A stretch of 64,000 nucleotides of DNA, taken from NCBI RefSeq assembly GCF_018350175.1, contig NC_058368.1, positions 14,014,001 through 14,078,000 of the forward strand, read 5' to 3'. Of this stretch, positions 49,756 to 63,835 are shown piece after piece. Source of the stretch: Felis catus (Eukaryota). The position numbers were made by a program, and so were the translations under genes. Below the pieces are notes generated by a model. That model worked only from the letters and a program-made list of their open reading frames with translations, was not told the origin of the DNA and searched no databases. Each line of letters opens with the position of its first letter. Positions within the stretch are counted from its first letter, which is position 1.

Positions 49756-52700
49756 GTATGATTATAATATTAGTATTATTAATAGACTTTAATTGAGTAC
49801 AGTTTTGCTTTCTGGAATAACCCCTACTCTAGGAACTTTTGAATAAATACAGCAAAATCTTATATACAAGAAGGGGATAAGTGGAGAAACTAGTATTGAT
49901 CTTCTAATACTCAAGAAAACTGGTGAAATATATCAAGGATGGGTCTTAGGTCTCAAAAAGAGTAATTAATATGTTGCTGTAGTAAAGACTTTTCATGTAG
50001 TGGGAAGAACAAATACTATGTATATATTTTTCAGGAAGACAAAAGAGCATAGTATATTTCAGCAAAAGAGAGCACTAGAAAATTATATGAGTTTAGTCTC
50101 AAGAAATATATAGTGAACAGATTTGGAAGGTCCACATAATAGAAAGTTCAGATTTTATATTTTGTTGGTGACAAAATAAAATATTTTGAAAGGGGAACTG
50201 ATTTGCTTAGAGTTCCATTTTGTTTTGATTTACAGTCAGCAGTGTGGAAAATGAACTGGAGAGGGATAAAACTGATGTAGCAAAAAGAGTAGAGAGATTA
50301 TTTTATTCATCAGTATTGGGGATGATGGGTTAGGGCAGTGGCAATACAATTGGAACAAAAGGACAAAATTAAAAGAGGTGAAGACTAACTTTAGTCAGAA
50401 TGACTGTAAGTAATTATGTAGATAAGTGAAAAATAGTTCCTTGATGAGTATTCTTATGAACTTAACCTATGCCCCAGGCCCTTAGGGATTCTCCTTTTTT
50501 ATTTTTGTGAAGTCTTAATTATTAGAATGAAGAGGAAATGTAAGTTATGCCATATGCAACTCAGTGTGCTTCCACAGGTTATAAAAAGAATTTTGAAATA
50601 ATATACCTGCCAAGGTATTTTATTAGCGCATCTTTTATTTGGCCATTTATATCAGCAAGTGACAGTTTTCTAGATCAGAGAAAACAGTCACGTCAATTCT
50701 ATGTGGCTGTCCTCTTTGTGATATCAATAATACTTTTGAGTTTACAATGGAGTTGCTAATCTGTTTGAAGAAGATTACACGTTTAATTATTAACAACTAC
50801 AAATACTTTCTTACTATGAGGTTGAATTATATAAAATTGCTGATACTTAACTGTTTACTAAATAAATACTGGCAGTTTCATCTGTTCCAACTTAATAATA
50901 TAATACAGTTATACTTCTCTTCTTAAATTATATTTAGATTGAACAATTAGTATCCTTGACCTTAGATCCTAGTATCTACTTTATTTATTATATTAATTGA
51001 TAAATGAATTAATTGAAAATATCCTCCTCATCCCTGTGGATGATACCAACCTTAGATTGGTTAATATGAAATGCAGACATAGGATTTTTCATTACTCTGA
51101 CATGGTAAAAATATGATCATACAAAGGAGAGTGGTTAGGTCTTTAGGGGAGTGAAATAGTAATTTAAATGTATAGTGTGAATGGAATGATTAGGCACAAT
51201 GAATACCAAGACCTGGTTGCTCATGATTGACACCTGCTAAACGTGTCATATTGTCACCAATGTGTTCAAAACAATGACAGAGATGGAAGAATTTCTACTT
51301 CACTTTTTCCACTTGAAAAAAATGTGGTGACTGTAGGCTTTGTTAAAAATATGGAAAAAGTAGGCTTATTCTATAGGACATTTAATGGTCTGTATCCTAG
51401 AAAGTAGGTATGTAAGGATAACAGTTACATATAAAATATTTTCTGGGGAAACTTCTGATTAATTATAATTTATACACACTAAGAAATGAATACAAAGAAT
51501 GAATTTAATTTAAGTTTGGTGATATTTTAACTGACTTTAAGGAAGACCGTGTGAAATATGAAATACAACATTGAACTGAGTAGCTAAAAATGTGGTACTT
51601 TTATATCTGAAATTCTTTTAAGAAAAGAACAAATAAGTACTTATCTCAATATAGACAATATTCTGACTTAATATAGTAAGCTCAAACAGATGAATTAGGA
51701 TTCACCTAATTATTATATTGCAAGTAGATTCATTAACTGATTTGTCAGTAAATTTCCTATTCATATTGTATTGCAAATCCAGTGTTTGTTTCTTGTTTTG
51801 TAAGGAACACTTATCTAGTTGTGAAGAAAATCCTATGTAATGTAGATGAATGATGGCCCTCGATGTTTCCACGTTTCACTTGTCTATCATAATTTCTGTT
51901 AGTCCTGGGTGGATCTTATGCCTTTGTTATACCTAAATTTGAAGTTATTTCTAGAAAATGGGAATTCTGTGGGAGTTTCTCGTTCCATGTCTGAAGCTAG
52001 TCACATTTTTAGGCTGTGAGCTTTTACTTCTGTTCTCAAGATTATTTTTTCTGTTGAAGGTTCTTTCTCACGATTTCCTGAATAGTTCTTTTCCTGACAT
52101 GTATAACTTTCCTAGTCTCATACTTGTTCTTTTTTTTTTTTCATTACTGATCTTTGTCTTTAAACATTCTAAAAATCAATTTCAGTGTAAATACATATTT
52201 ATTTAGGAACTTGAGGCTTTTGAAAAACTTCATCTTCTAAAGGAAATAGTTACCTCTAGAGTTTACCTAGTCTGTTCTTCAATTGAGTAATACACAAGTA
52301 AGAGGCAATATCAACAATATATTATTTTCTTTTTTAATAGTATAAGCCACTATTAAACATAAAACAGATGTCACTAGCTTTAAGTTATTTGTTTCCCTTT
52401 GTTAATGTTACTGAAATAATATAAAAATTGTACTGTATCTTCTAATACCAACTTTTTTGTTTGGCCTAGATTACTTCATTTTAAAAATATAAAATGACAT
52501 TGTATTTTTCAAAAAGAATTTAATACAGTAAAGCATATCCCAATTTTATAGGCCCCACCACCACCTTCAAAGAACTTTCTTAAATTGTAGAATGAGTTTT
52601 AAAAGAATTATTACCCACTACTACCTTATAGAAAAAATACTTTTATGTTTTGAAGAAAACAAAAGATAAACATTTTTAGATATTTATAAATGTTATAATG

Positions 52701-53472
52701 AACATAGCCCTATTCTTATATAGTATATGAAGTGCCTCTATAGGTTAGGTTAGGTTAGGTGAGGTTTTGTGTTGCTAGCAGAGACTTTTTTGCTCCAAGT
52801 AACAGAAAAATTCTCAAACCGATTAAAGTAAAAACAGAATAATGCGTTTGTTATAGAAATCTCATTAGGATAAGAACAAGGAATTGGAAAGCTAGAAGGA
52901 AACAACTTTGCTTTCTCTGCTACTTCCTGTATGGTTGCTTTGTTCTTCCTTTTGTGTATAGACTCATCTATGTGAACAAAACAAGACTGCATTATCCTTT
53001 CTATTTTAAATACTTTTTTTATTCAGGAGCCCCCAAAGTGCTAGATATTGTTTCTCAGAGCTCATTCCAAATGCTCAGAAAAGAGAAATAATTGGGCAAC
53101 TATCTATCCATGATCCAATTAGCTATAAACAAGAAAAAAAGGTCATTATGTAGAAATGTCAGAGGCAGTTATAATAGAAGGGGAAATGTGGCTTAACTAA
53201 TCATGTATCTTAAAATAGAAAAAATGTCTTTTAAATATGCCTGGAAGGCAGTGCTTATAAGCAACGAATCACATTGAATGTTTGAGTATTTATTGGAAGA
53301 CCAAGTTTAGAGAAAAATTTGTAAAATATAATTTTTAATTTTTCCAAAGAATTTTAAATCCTGAGAGGTACTTTATGTTTTTTATATTTATGGTTTGTTT
53401 GTAAAGTATATAGTGCTTCTATTTTTAATATTTGTAGGTACTTAAAAGGTCATTTATTTCTGTATTTTTTAG

Positions 53473-53565
53473 AGTAATCTACAAATTATTGGCCTCTAAA
53501 AGTGAAAGTATTTGGGTTCAAGCTCTGAAGGTTCTGGGATACTTTCTGAAGCATTTAGGTCACAA
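53473..53565 (+). CDS. NBEA: NBEA coding exon (93 nt, phase 2-2; ~exon 17)
   Basis: tttttag|AGTAATC...CACAA|gtaagt; VIYKLLASKSESIWVQALKVLGYFLKHLGH(K). Confidence 0.97.
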
Positions 53566-54647
53566 GTAAGTTGATGTTTTTCATTATGAATTGTGAAAAT
53601 ATCTATTTAAATTGTATTTTAGTAGTTTCGTATCTAATATAACATGAAATTTGACTTGAATAATCTTACAGTGGAAAAGAATAGCTTCCTATGATAAAAA
53701 TTGTGAAAGTGTTTTATGAAAGCATGTTTATTAATAGTAGATTATAGAACAAATTCACAATTTAAGTAATATAGTTTATTTCTATTTGTTTGCTGAAGAA
53801 AGTACTGTTCATCTTAAAGATGTAATAACATATTTCATCAAATCAAATAAATCACATATGGATATGATTTCAGTGAAAACTTTCGTGACACAGGGAATAC
53901 AGTGTATATGAGAGCTGCTCTTTTGCTGACATGTTAAGTCATTATTATTTGTATTTTTTTCTAACATTGAGGCCTATGGATTATTTTTGTTAGTTGAAGA
54001 TCCTAGAATATTTCTTTTTTCCCCAAAGTCTAGAATTTAGATACTGTCACTTGCTGATATAATGAGTATTTTTCATATTATGTTGTCCAGTGCAAAATTA
54101 TTCTTTATAAAATCCATTTTCTATACAAATGAGCCCAACAGGGTATCATTTAACTATTGCTAGATATGGAGCTCCTCTCAGAACCTCACTGTTGTCATTT
54201 CATTTTGGTATTTAAATTTTCAGAGAGTTTATTGATAACACTGATGAAAACCACACACGATCTAGGTAAAGCATCTCAAACATGCTAAATAGTCTGGAAG
54301 AGTAGATATTATTTTTATTTTGGTACCAAATTGATAGTCAAGTAAGTGAAAATAGACATATTATAAATACAGGGAATAGTTCACCAAAACCAGGATTGTA
54401 GGAAGGAGTTATGCATATTTGAGGAACTGTAAATGTGTATTAGTTGATTGAATACTGAGACTGAGAAGCATATGTACTTTTAATATTAAGAGAAAAGGAC
54501 TGCTCATTTAACTTTGGTTAAGTAAGAGAAATTGACTAGGAGACATTAAAGGATTCTAGCCCTAGATGCAGCCTCTTAAAAATTGTTAAGAAGAAACATT
54601 GAAAAAATATAGAAATGTGGAAAACTTAAGCAAAACTAACCAACAGA

Positions 54648-54886
54648 GGGGCACCTGGGTGGGTTAGTTGGTTAAGCCTTGACTCTTGGTTTTGGCTCAG
54701 GTCATGATCTCACAGTTTGTGGGATCAAGCCCCACATCGGGCTTTGTGTTGACAGCGTGGAGCCTCCTTTGATTCTTTTCTCTCTCCTTTCCCTCTCTCT
54801 CTGCCCCTTGCCAGCTCATGCTCTCTCTCTCTCTCAATCTCTTTCAGAATAAATGAAAAACATTAACAAATCTTAAAAAAAAAATA
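54648..54886 (+). mobile_element. SINEC
   Basis: TSD AAAACTAACCA(A/G)CAGA. Confidence 0.93.
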
Positions 54887-57601
54887 AAACTAACCAGCAG
54901 ATAAGAACACTCACTGGAAAAATATTGCTATAGAATACATAATAATTGCAATTATTAAATTGGTAAATAATTGCAATTATTAAATTAGCAAATTAGAAAT
55001 TTACCATAAGTTTAAAAAGTAAGATTTAATTGCTGCTGAGGAAGGAGTACTGCTAAGCAGAATTTCATGAAGTTAGAAGACATGGTAGGATAACACAGAA
55101 GTGTTGGATCATAGACTAACAGAACTTTGGAGGAAAGTTTCTATTTTATTTTTATTGAAGAAAAAAACTTCCATACAAATAAAAACGAAATCAGAAGAAA
55201 CTCAAAGGAAGATGAACTATGTGGTTGGCATAGTAAGATACACAGAAGATAAAAATGAAAACAAGGCAAATAATATGAGAAATTTAAGAAATATAATAAG
55301 AGCTTAGAAGAATTAGAGAGAAAATGATTGCTATAGAAAGTATGGAAGTTCCAGTAGTGGCCTAAATTGAATTTCCAACTAAGAAAAGCAGAACAGTGGA
55401 ACTAAACATATATTTAAAGCTATAATTCAGTGAAGTCCTAATATAAGATTTTACCATCCATTTAAAAGATCATTCTGAGTACCAGGGAGAATTTTCCTAG
55501 AATGGTCAGCACAAAAGTATACTATTGGTCTTAAATATTCGTCTTAAATCACCTATTTTAAGAAAAATTCAATTGATCACAATAATAAAAACCCAGATCT
55601 ATGTGCAAGAAACATACAAAAATAAAGTGATTTAGAAAGGCGGAAAATTAAAGGATAACTAAAGGTTATACCACATGCATACAAGTGAGGAAAACAGGAA
55701 TCATCTTAATATTGGACAAATTAGAAGTCAAGCCGAAAAGCAATAAATAACATAAAGAAGGATACATAATGTTACAGGGTGAAACTTTCATAAAAAAGAA
55801 ATTATGGGATAAATAATACAATTACCATTAGTTTGAAATACTAAAACAAAGTTTAATCCACCTATCTTGGTTCATAAAAAAATCCAGGGGGAATGTAATC
55901 TAAATAGTAAGGTAAATCTGATTAATATAGTTTGAAATCTGTACCATGTTAACATGGAACATTTATAAAAATTTGACATCAAAGTAGTATACATCAAAGA
56001 AGAATTCCAAAACATAAAGACAAAACAGACAATATTCTTTTAATAAAACACAGTAAAATTAGAAAATAGGAACAAAGTCAGAAACCAAAGTTTCTTCTAC
56101 CTAGAAATTTAAAGTTTATTAAACAATTTTTGTGTCAATGAGAAAATACAAACAGCAGAATTTTTTCAATATTTTATTAAAATTATTGTATTGTATTTTA
56201 TTGTATTTTATTGTATTTTATTTTGTTTTATTTTATTTTATTTTTTATCATGAGTGTACTCTTTAATCCCCATCCCCTATTTCTCCCATCTCCCCACATA
56301 CCCTCTGGTAACCATCTGCTTATTCTCTATAGTTAAGAGTCTGTTTCTTGGTTTGTCTCTCTTTTTTTCCTTTGCTTGTTTGTTTTGTTTCTTAAATTCC
56401 ACATATGAGTGAGGTCATATAGTATTTGTCTTTCTCTGAATGACTTATTTTGCTTAGCATTATACTCTCTAACCCTATTTATATTGTTGCAAATGGCAAG
56501 ATTTCATTCTTTTTTATGATAATATCGACAATATTATTCACAATATTATCACAATAATATTCCATTGTGTTTCTATACCACATCTTCTTTATCCATTCAT
56601 CTGTCAATGGACTGGGCTGTTTCTATAGATTGGCTAGTATAAATAATGTTGCAGTAACCATAGGGGTGCATATATCCGTTTGAATTATGTTTTTGTATTT
56701 TGGGGGTAAATACCCAGTAGCGCAATTCCTAGATCATTGGGTAGTTCTATTTTTAATTTTTTGAGGAACCTCTATGCTGTTTTCCATAGTGGCTACACCA
56801 ATTTGCATTCCCATCAGCAGTGCAAGAGGGTTCCTTTTTCTCCATATTCTCACCAACCCTAATGAGGTGATATTTCATTGTAGTTTTGATTTACATTTCC
56901 CTGATAATGAATGGTATTGAGTATCTTTTCATGTGTTTGTTGGACATCTATATGTCTTCTTTGGAGAAATGTCTGTTCATGTTGTCTGCCCATTTTTAAT
57001 TGGATTAATTGTTTCTTGGTATTGACGTATGTCAGTATTTATATATTTTGGATACTAATCCTTTTTCAGATATGTCATTTGCAAATATCTTCTCCCAGTC
57101 TGTAGGCTACCTTTTAGTTTTATTGGCTGTTTCCCTTGCTCTGCAGAAACATTTTAGTTTGATGTGATCCCAGTAGTTTATGTTGGCTTGCCTCAAGAAA
57201 CATATCTAGAAAAATGTTGCTATGGCTGATGGTGAAAGATTACTGCCTATGCTCTCTTGTAGGAATTTTACGGTTTCACACTTAGATCTTTAATCAGTTT
57301 TTGTTTGTTTTTGTGTATGGGGAGAGATATTGGTCTGGTTTCATTCTTTTGCAGGTGGCTGTCCAGTTTTCCACACACCATTTGTTGAAAAGACTGTCAG
57401 TTTCCCATTGAATATTCAGTCCTTTGTTGAAGATTACAAAATCATTGTGCAAAAATCTGTTGCATCCCTATACACTCATAATGAAGCAGCAGAAAGTGAA
57501 ATTGAGAAAACAGTTCCTTTTACAACTGAACTAAAAACAATAAAATGTTTAGGAATAAACCTAACTTAAGAGATGAAAGATCCATATTCTGAAAACTGTC
57601 A

Positions 57602-57817
57602 GGAGTGCGTGGGTGGCTCAGTTGGTTAAGCGTCTGACTTCAGCTCAGGTCATGATCTCGCAGTTTGTGGGTTCGTGCCCCATGTCAGGCTCTGTGCTGT
57701 CAGCTCAGAACCTGGAGCCTGCTTCAGATTCTGTGTCTCCTTCTCCCTCTCCGCCTGTCTTCCACTCATTGTCTGTCTCTCTCTGTCTCTCAAAAATATG
57801 TAAATGTTAAAAAAAAT
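57602..57817 (+). mobile_element. SINEC_Fc-type inside the inverted L1 segment
   Basis: TSD TGAAAACT(G/A)T. Confidence 0.92.
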
Positions 57818-58098
57818 TGAAAACTATAAAACACTGATGAAAGAAATTTAAGAATACACAAAGAAATAAGATATTCCATGCTTATGAATTGGGAGAACAA
57901 ATAATGTTAAAATGTCCGTATGATCCAATGCAACTTATAAATTTAATGTAATCCCTATCAAAATACCAATAGCATTTTGCACAGAACTAGGACAGACAAT
58001 CCTAAAATTTGTATGGAAAACAGTCTTGAAAAATAAAAATAAAACTGGAGGTATTGTAATTCCAGATTTCAAGTTATATTACAAAGTGGTAATAATTA

Positions 58099-58537
58099 GT
58101 GGTGCCTGGGTGGCTCAGTCAGTTAAACATCCAACTCTTGATTTTGACTCAGGTCATGATCTCATGGGATCAAGCCCCGCATTGGGCTCTGTGCTGATAA
58201 CGCAGAACCTGCTTGAGATTCTCTCCCTCCCTCTCTCTTAGCCCCCTCTCCACTTGTGCGTGCATGTGCATGCTCTCTCTCTTTCTCTTTCAATAAATAA
58301 ATAAATAGGGGTGCCTGAGTGGCTTAGTCAGTCGAGCATCCGACTTCGGCTTGGGTCATGATCTTGCGGTTCATAAGTTTGAGCCCCACATCAGGCTTGC
58401 TGCTGTCAGTACGGAGTCTGTTTTGGATCCTCTGTCCCCTTCTCTATCTGCTCCTTCCCTGCTTGCACTCTCTCTCTCTCAAAAATAAAACATTTAAAAT
58501 AAAATTAAAATAAATAGACATTTAGTAAAAAAAAAAT
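58099..58537 (+). mobile_element. SINEC with a second SINEC (58307-~58505) inserted in its A-rich tail
   Basis: Two tandem heads; outer TSD AAAGTGGTA(A/G)TAATTA. Confidence 0.9.
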
Positions 58538-59736
58538 AAAGTGGTAGTAATTAAAACAGTATGGTACTGGCATAAAAAGTAGACACATAGATCAGTGGAA
58601 TAGAACAAAAAACTCAGAAATAAACCCAAAATTATATGGACAAATAGCAGAATTAAAAAAAAAAAACTTTCACAAACCTATGAGATACAGCCAGGAAGTG
58701 TTTAGAAGAATATCCATAGTTATACAGCAATAAAAAGAAAATACAGAGAAAAATAATTAAAATGTCTAAGTTAGGAAAAGAATAACCAAATAAATGGAAG
58801 AAAGTAATTAATAAATAGACAAGTAGGAATATCATGATTTGGGATATAAAAAGTCATTTAAAAAGCTAGTTTTTTTTTAAACTCATGACATAAATGGATG
58901 TCATCATTAACCAACTTAATAAAGGACAAAAATATGAATGTATAAAATAAATTATAATTTCCATAATTAATATACAAACTGAAGAAATTAAAAGAATTTT
59001 ATATGATCATTTTGTACAACTTTCCCTAGAAACTGGTAAGACAACCTAGTAGAAAAAGGGGGAAAGGATATGAATGAATGGTCAGCTTATAGAGGAGAAT
59101 ATGCATGGCATATAAATATTTAAAAAGAAGGGAGTCCTACTGGTGTAAGGGAAATATATCCTAAAACTAAAGTAAGACATAATTTTTCACATATTAGATT
59201 AACAGAATTCTCAAAATTACACATCCTGTCTTTGTTAGCAAGATTGTTGGGGGGAGCAAGCATTCTTGCACATCAGAACTTAAATTAGTATAGTCCCATT
59301 TAGAGTGAAGTGTTAATTTTGATGAATGTCTGTTGAAATTACAAATACATATAGTTTTTAACACAGCAGTTTATCTCTTGTACATATGTGAAATAATGAT
59401 TCTTCAGAGGTACTCGTGTTGTTTATATTTGTAAGGGTTAAGAGAAATCTTAAATTTCTATTAATAGGGGATTTGCTAAAAAAAAATGATGGTTTATTCA
59501 TTAAATGGAATACCATGCAGTTGTAAAACAAAACTGTTAAGTCTCAGTATATTGATATCACAACTAAATTGTTACATGATTAAAAACAAATAGTATAGAT
59601 AAGTGTTTATTTGATTTAATTTTGTATAAAAAAGAGGATATAAGTATATAATAGTTCCTATATTACATTAAGAAAATCTAGTAGAATATGTAAGAAACAA
59701 GAAATTACAAACAGTGGCTCCTTATGGGGAATTGGT

Positions 59737-60070
59737 ACATGTACATACATACATACATATATATATATATACACACATACATATATATATATGTGTGTGT
59801 GTATATGTATATATATACACACATGTATGTATACACACATATATATGTATATGTATATATACACACATATATATGTATATGTATATATACATATGTATAT
59901 GTATACACATATATATTTGTGTGTGTGCATATATATACACATACACACATATATATGTGTGTATATATGTGTGTGTATATATATACACACATACATACAT
60001 ATATATGTGTGTATATATATGTGTGTATATATATATACACACACATACATACATACATACATACATACAT
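59737..60070. repeat. Complex (TA/CA/TG)n low-complexity array ending in (TACA)n
   Basis: About 330 bp of almost pure purine-pyrimidine alternation. Confidence 0.97.
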
Positions 60071-60074
60071 AAAA

Positions 60075-60255
60075 TTCATTGGCTGTCAAGTTGTACTGCA
60101 TTGGTTTGGATCCTGGCTTAGCCACACATTTTTTGAATGGTTTTGGAAATATCCTTGAGCCTCAGTTTTTATCCTACATGAGTAAAACTATACTCCTTTC
60201 TCACTGAGTTTTAAGGATAAATGATACGGTAGATTTAAGAGTTAATCACAGTACA
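60075..60255 (+). mobile_element. MIR relic
   Basis: 'tgagcctcagtttttatc...taaggataaatgatac'. Confidence 0.6.
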
Positions 60256-60779
60256 TTGCAATATGATGCTTTAAATATTTGGCAAAAAGGTAATAGGTGC
60301 AATTTAACCTGTAATTCTGGTAAAAACAGGTCATATCTTAAGTATAATAAGATATTTATCTTAAATATAAAATTTAAACATGAAATACTAGTATCATTTA
60401 GATCAGTAGATAAGTATTTCTACTATATTATTACTATTATTCAAGATTTGAAACAAATAAAACACATAATTATTAGGGAGGAGGAAATAATGTTTGTAAA
60501 GGCTTTCATTACCTCAAAACCTAAGAAAATCGTCTCTAAAACTGTTAAGAAATGAAATGTCACCCAAAGTCAGTGTCTTATTTGTGTCTGGCAGTGATTC
60601 TGAGTTGGGTCCATGAATGAAGCTAAACTGAAGTCTGGTGCATTCGTCCTTTGCAATGCCTAGTTTGTAATTTCTGTCAAGTGCCTGGGATATAGGTTGT
60701 GAGATAATCCATATACTTTGTCAGCTGAAGTAGAGATAGGTTTGATATCCATCATTAAAATTGAGAAGTCTGTTCCAAA

Positions 60780-61430
60780 TAATATATACACAGCTCCTCC
60801 TTCCTCTTGAAGATGGAACTCAAATAAATCCTCTCTACTTGAGTGTGAGATGGACTTGCTGGCTTTTTTCCAAAGGATAGTGAAACCTGGCAGTGATTTC
60901 CCCTATTGATTAAGGGTGACATCAACAGTTCTGTATCGTGTTGATATCATGTATTACCTGATATGATGTAATGAGAAAGGCACTTCATCTCTGTGGTATT
61001 CTTCTAAAAGTAATAATAATAATCCCAGTCTAGTCCAGAGAAAGTATCATATATCCCCAAATTGAGGGATATTCTACAAAATACTTGATCAATACTCTGC
61101 AAAACTGTCAAAGGGCATGAGAAACAAGGAACAGGAAAACTGCTGCAGAGCAGAGGAGTTTAAGGAGATATGATGACTAAATGAAAGGTGGTATTCTGGA
61201 TTGGGTCCTGAACTGAAAAAGGACATTAGGGAAAACGGGTAAAATATTAATAAAAGTCTGTAGTTTAGTTAAAACGTTATACTTATGTTGATTTCTTAGT
61301 TTTGACATATGTATCATGATTAGATAAGATATTAACATATGGGGAAGTTGGGTAAATAATATATGGGTACTCTCTGTACTATCTTTTCAACATTTCTGTA
61401 AATCTTAAAAATTTTCAAAATAAAAAGCTA
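60780..61430 (+). mobile_element. L1MC-like 3'UTR fragment
   Basis: 'aaattgagggatattctacaaaatacttga', 'ctggattgggtcctgaac', 'gtactctctgtactatctttt..catttctgtaaatc'. Confidence 0.8.
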
Positions 61431-63618
61431 TATAAAACTGAAAAACTTAACTTGGGTATATGTTTCAATAGAAAGCCAAACTGTTCTTTCATGGAAGTGG
61501 TCTGATTATAGTTATCCTCAGAACAGAATCTAACAAATCATACAGATAGATGATCAAAATGCCTAAACGGCTGTACTGTAATACAACTATGATAATTTTA
61601 GCTTATAAAAATTTAAAAGCCTGTGTTATTGAATGTTCATTGTGGAAATAAAAATTCTCAACCAAGTATATTTGTCTGATGTCTTAACTTCAAACCCTGT
61701 ACTTTCTGGGTGAATTCTCCAAGTTAATCACACTCTAAATGAATCAGCTTGCTGTGTGTAGTGTTGACTACAGGCCTGAGAGTTATATACTGACAGTTGT
61801 TTTAACCTAATGGTTTCTTTTTCAACTAGTTGAAATTACCCAGTTTTTCTGGCAGAACCAATTGTCTGTTAACAAAAAGTAGTGATGTAGGTTCTGGGAG
61901 CATGAGAGGTGGAAAGAAGTTTCCTTCCCATGTATTTTCAACATCTAACCTATTGGCTTTCTTCAGGCAAATGTTGGTTCCTATGTGTACGTGGGGTAGC
62001 AGCAGAGAAAACAAGACAACTGGTGAGGGGTTTTCTCTCCCATGGGAATGACAGGCAGCTGAAGAATTATGTTAGAAGCCTAAAGAAAAGACTAAAAAGC
62101 AGCAAATTTTGAGAGATCATTTTTCTGTCAAAGATCTCTGCCTCTTACTTTCTCTCCTTTGCACCCCCCTCCCTCCTGAGAGGTGTTAACATTGGCTTCT
62201 ATGTAAGTGACCACCAGAAGGCCAAGAAGTATCTGAAATGATGGGTTGAATCTTCCCTGTCCTTGAATTTGTGGGAGTGGAGGAATATTGGAATGCCACA
62301 ATGCTGGCTCCAGGACTTAACAACAAGCTAGGTTTTATACTACAGATCAGTTATCTTAGGCGGTCCTCTACCTTACAGCACCTGCGGGGATCCCATCATG
62401 TAAAACCCACAGCAGTGAGATCTGACCTCAACTGTGTAAAAAAGAAAAATAGCAACTCATTAAAGGCTAGTAGCCAGAGACAGGAGATAAGAGAGGGTCA
62501 TCAAACTATGTACTCAATGAAATAGAACTAGTGGAGGGGGCTATGGTGGAATCTTTGAATTTTATTTTTAAGAGGAGCATTTAAGATTCAAGTAGGGAAC
62601 CAAAAATGATATTCTGCCTCGTTAGCTCATGACTTGTTTTCCAGTCCATCCAAATTAGTGGATTCCCACTAAATTAGTAAGTTCCCAAAGCATGGGTCCA
62701 AAAATAGAAAGAGAAAAGATAAAGAATATAGGAGACTAAACATGTGAATAAGAATTCTTATAGGAGAAAAATAGTGGGTAAAACGATACCCTGAAATACT
62801 TTGTACTACTAGAAACTTAGAAATTTTGAATAAAATACAACAGAAATCCTTTCAGATGTATAGCTGAGCACACAAAGGTAGTTAAATTCTCATATGCCAA
62901 AAATGAAAATCAAACATAATGGGAGAAATAATTCTTAAGAAACAAGGTAATATTAAAACAAACCATGAAGCTTTAAAAAAATCACAGTAACTTCTAGAAA
63001 TTAAAAGGTAGTAATTAAAATTAGCTCCATGGACATGTTAAACAGATGAGATAAAACTTAAGAAAGAATTGGTGAGCTGAAAGATAGCAATGAAGAAATT
63101 ACCCAGAATGTAGCATCAAGAGACAAAGATGACAAATAAGAAAGGAGGTTAAGAGATGGAAAAAGAATGAAAGTTTTCATAGAATAAAATAGCCAGGAAT
63201 GAATTTAACCAAGGATATAAAAGATCTACAAACAAAACTAAACCTAAGCTAAACTAAAAGTAAAACTAAAACTGAAAACTAAAAATATGCTTGATTAGCA
63301 TATTCATTATTCTCAAACACACACAAAAATATAAAACTTGTCCGTGGAAGTCATAAAATTGTCCAAAATGTAAATAAATTGTCATAAAGATGACTTGTCA
63401 CCCACAATTCAATTAAGAAATCACTGATAAAAATCAAACTAATACAATGGAAATGTACATATTGTAAATAACTCATAACAAGAAATTACTGTACACATTA
63501 TAAAGTGTTTAGAATCAAAACTGAGAATTTTGTGTATTTACACTTCTGAGAGTTGGCCTAAGTAGTATTGGAGGCAACTGATAGTCATAAATATTTATAC
63601 TAAAAAAAGAAAGGTGAT

Positions 63619-63835
63619 GGGGCACCTGGGTGGCTCAGTCAGTTGAGCGTCCGACTTCGGCTCAGGTCATGATCTCGCGGCTTGTGAGTTTGAGCCCCGC
63701 GTCAGGCTTTGTGCTGACAGCTCGGAGCCTGGAGCCTGCTTCGGATTCTGTGTCCCTCTCTAGCTCTGCCCCTCCCTCGCTCATGCTCTGTCTCTCTCTC
63801 AAGGATAAATAAAACATTTTTTAAAAATTAAAAAT
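63619..63835 (+). mobile_element. SINEC_Fc-type
   Basis: Full head GGGGCACCTGGGTGGCTCAG, CT tract, A tail. Confidence 0.94.

Larger units (their letters stand above)
5713..53565 (+). other. NBEA: Neurobeachin gene, internal part (9 coding exons; gene extends beyond both window ends)
   Basis: Nine GT-AG exons with compatible phases join into one open frame matching the neurobeachin sequence as I recall it (ARM-like/DUF4704 region after the ConA-like domain). Confidence 0.96.
56163..58639 (-). mobile_element. Carnivore L1, 5'-truncated with 5' inversion
   Basis: Minus-strand 3' part 56163-57436 with poly-T; plus-strand ORF2 part 57435-58639; TSD ACAAA(C/T)AGCAGAATT (56148-56162, 58640-58654). 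Confidence 0.88.
54580..59700 (+). mobile_element. Very old L1/HAL1-like remnant hosting younger insertions
   Basis: A-rich L1-like motifs 'catggaacatttataaaaatttgac', 'cacaaacctatgagatacagcc', 'ggtttattcattaaatggaatacc'. Confidence 0.55.

Noticed and set aside
5713..53565. Paralog LRBA instead of NBEA
   Set aside because: The peptide matches NBEA as I recall it throughout ([45 protein letters not shown])
59658..60158. Six overlapping ORFs of 93-155 aa
   Set aside because: Translations of a dinucleotide low-complexity array
39018..63812. Recurrent MAQSV...SAQVMIS ORFs and tRNA-like boxes
   Set aside because: Translations and heads of tRNA-derived SINEC elements, not genes or tRNAs
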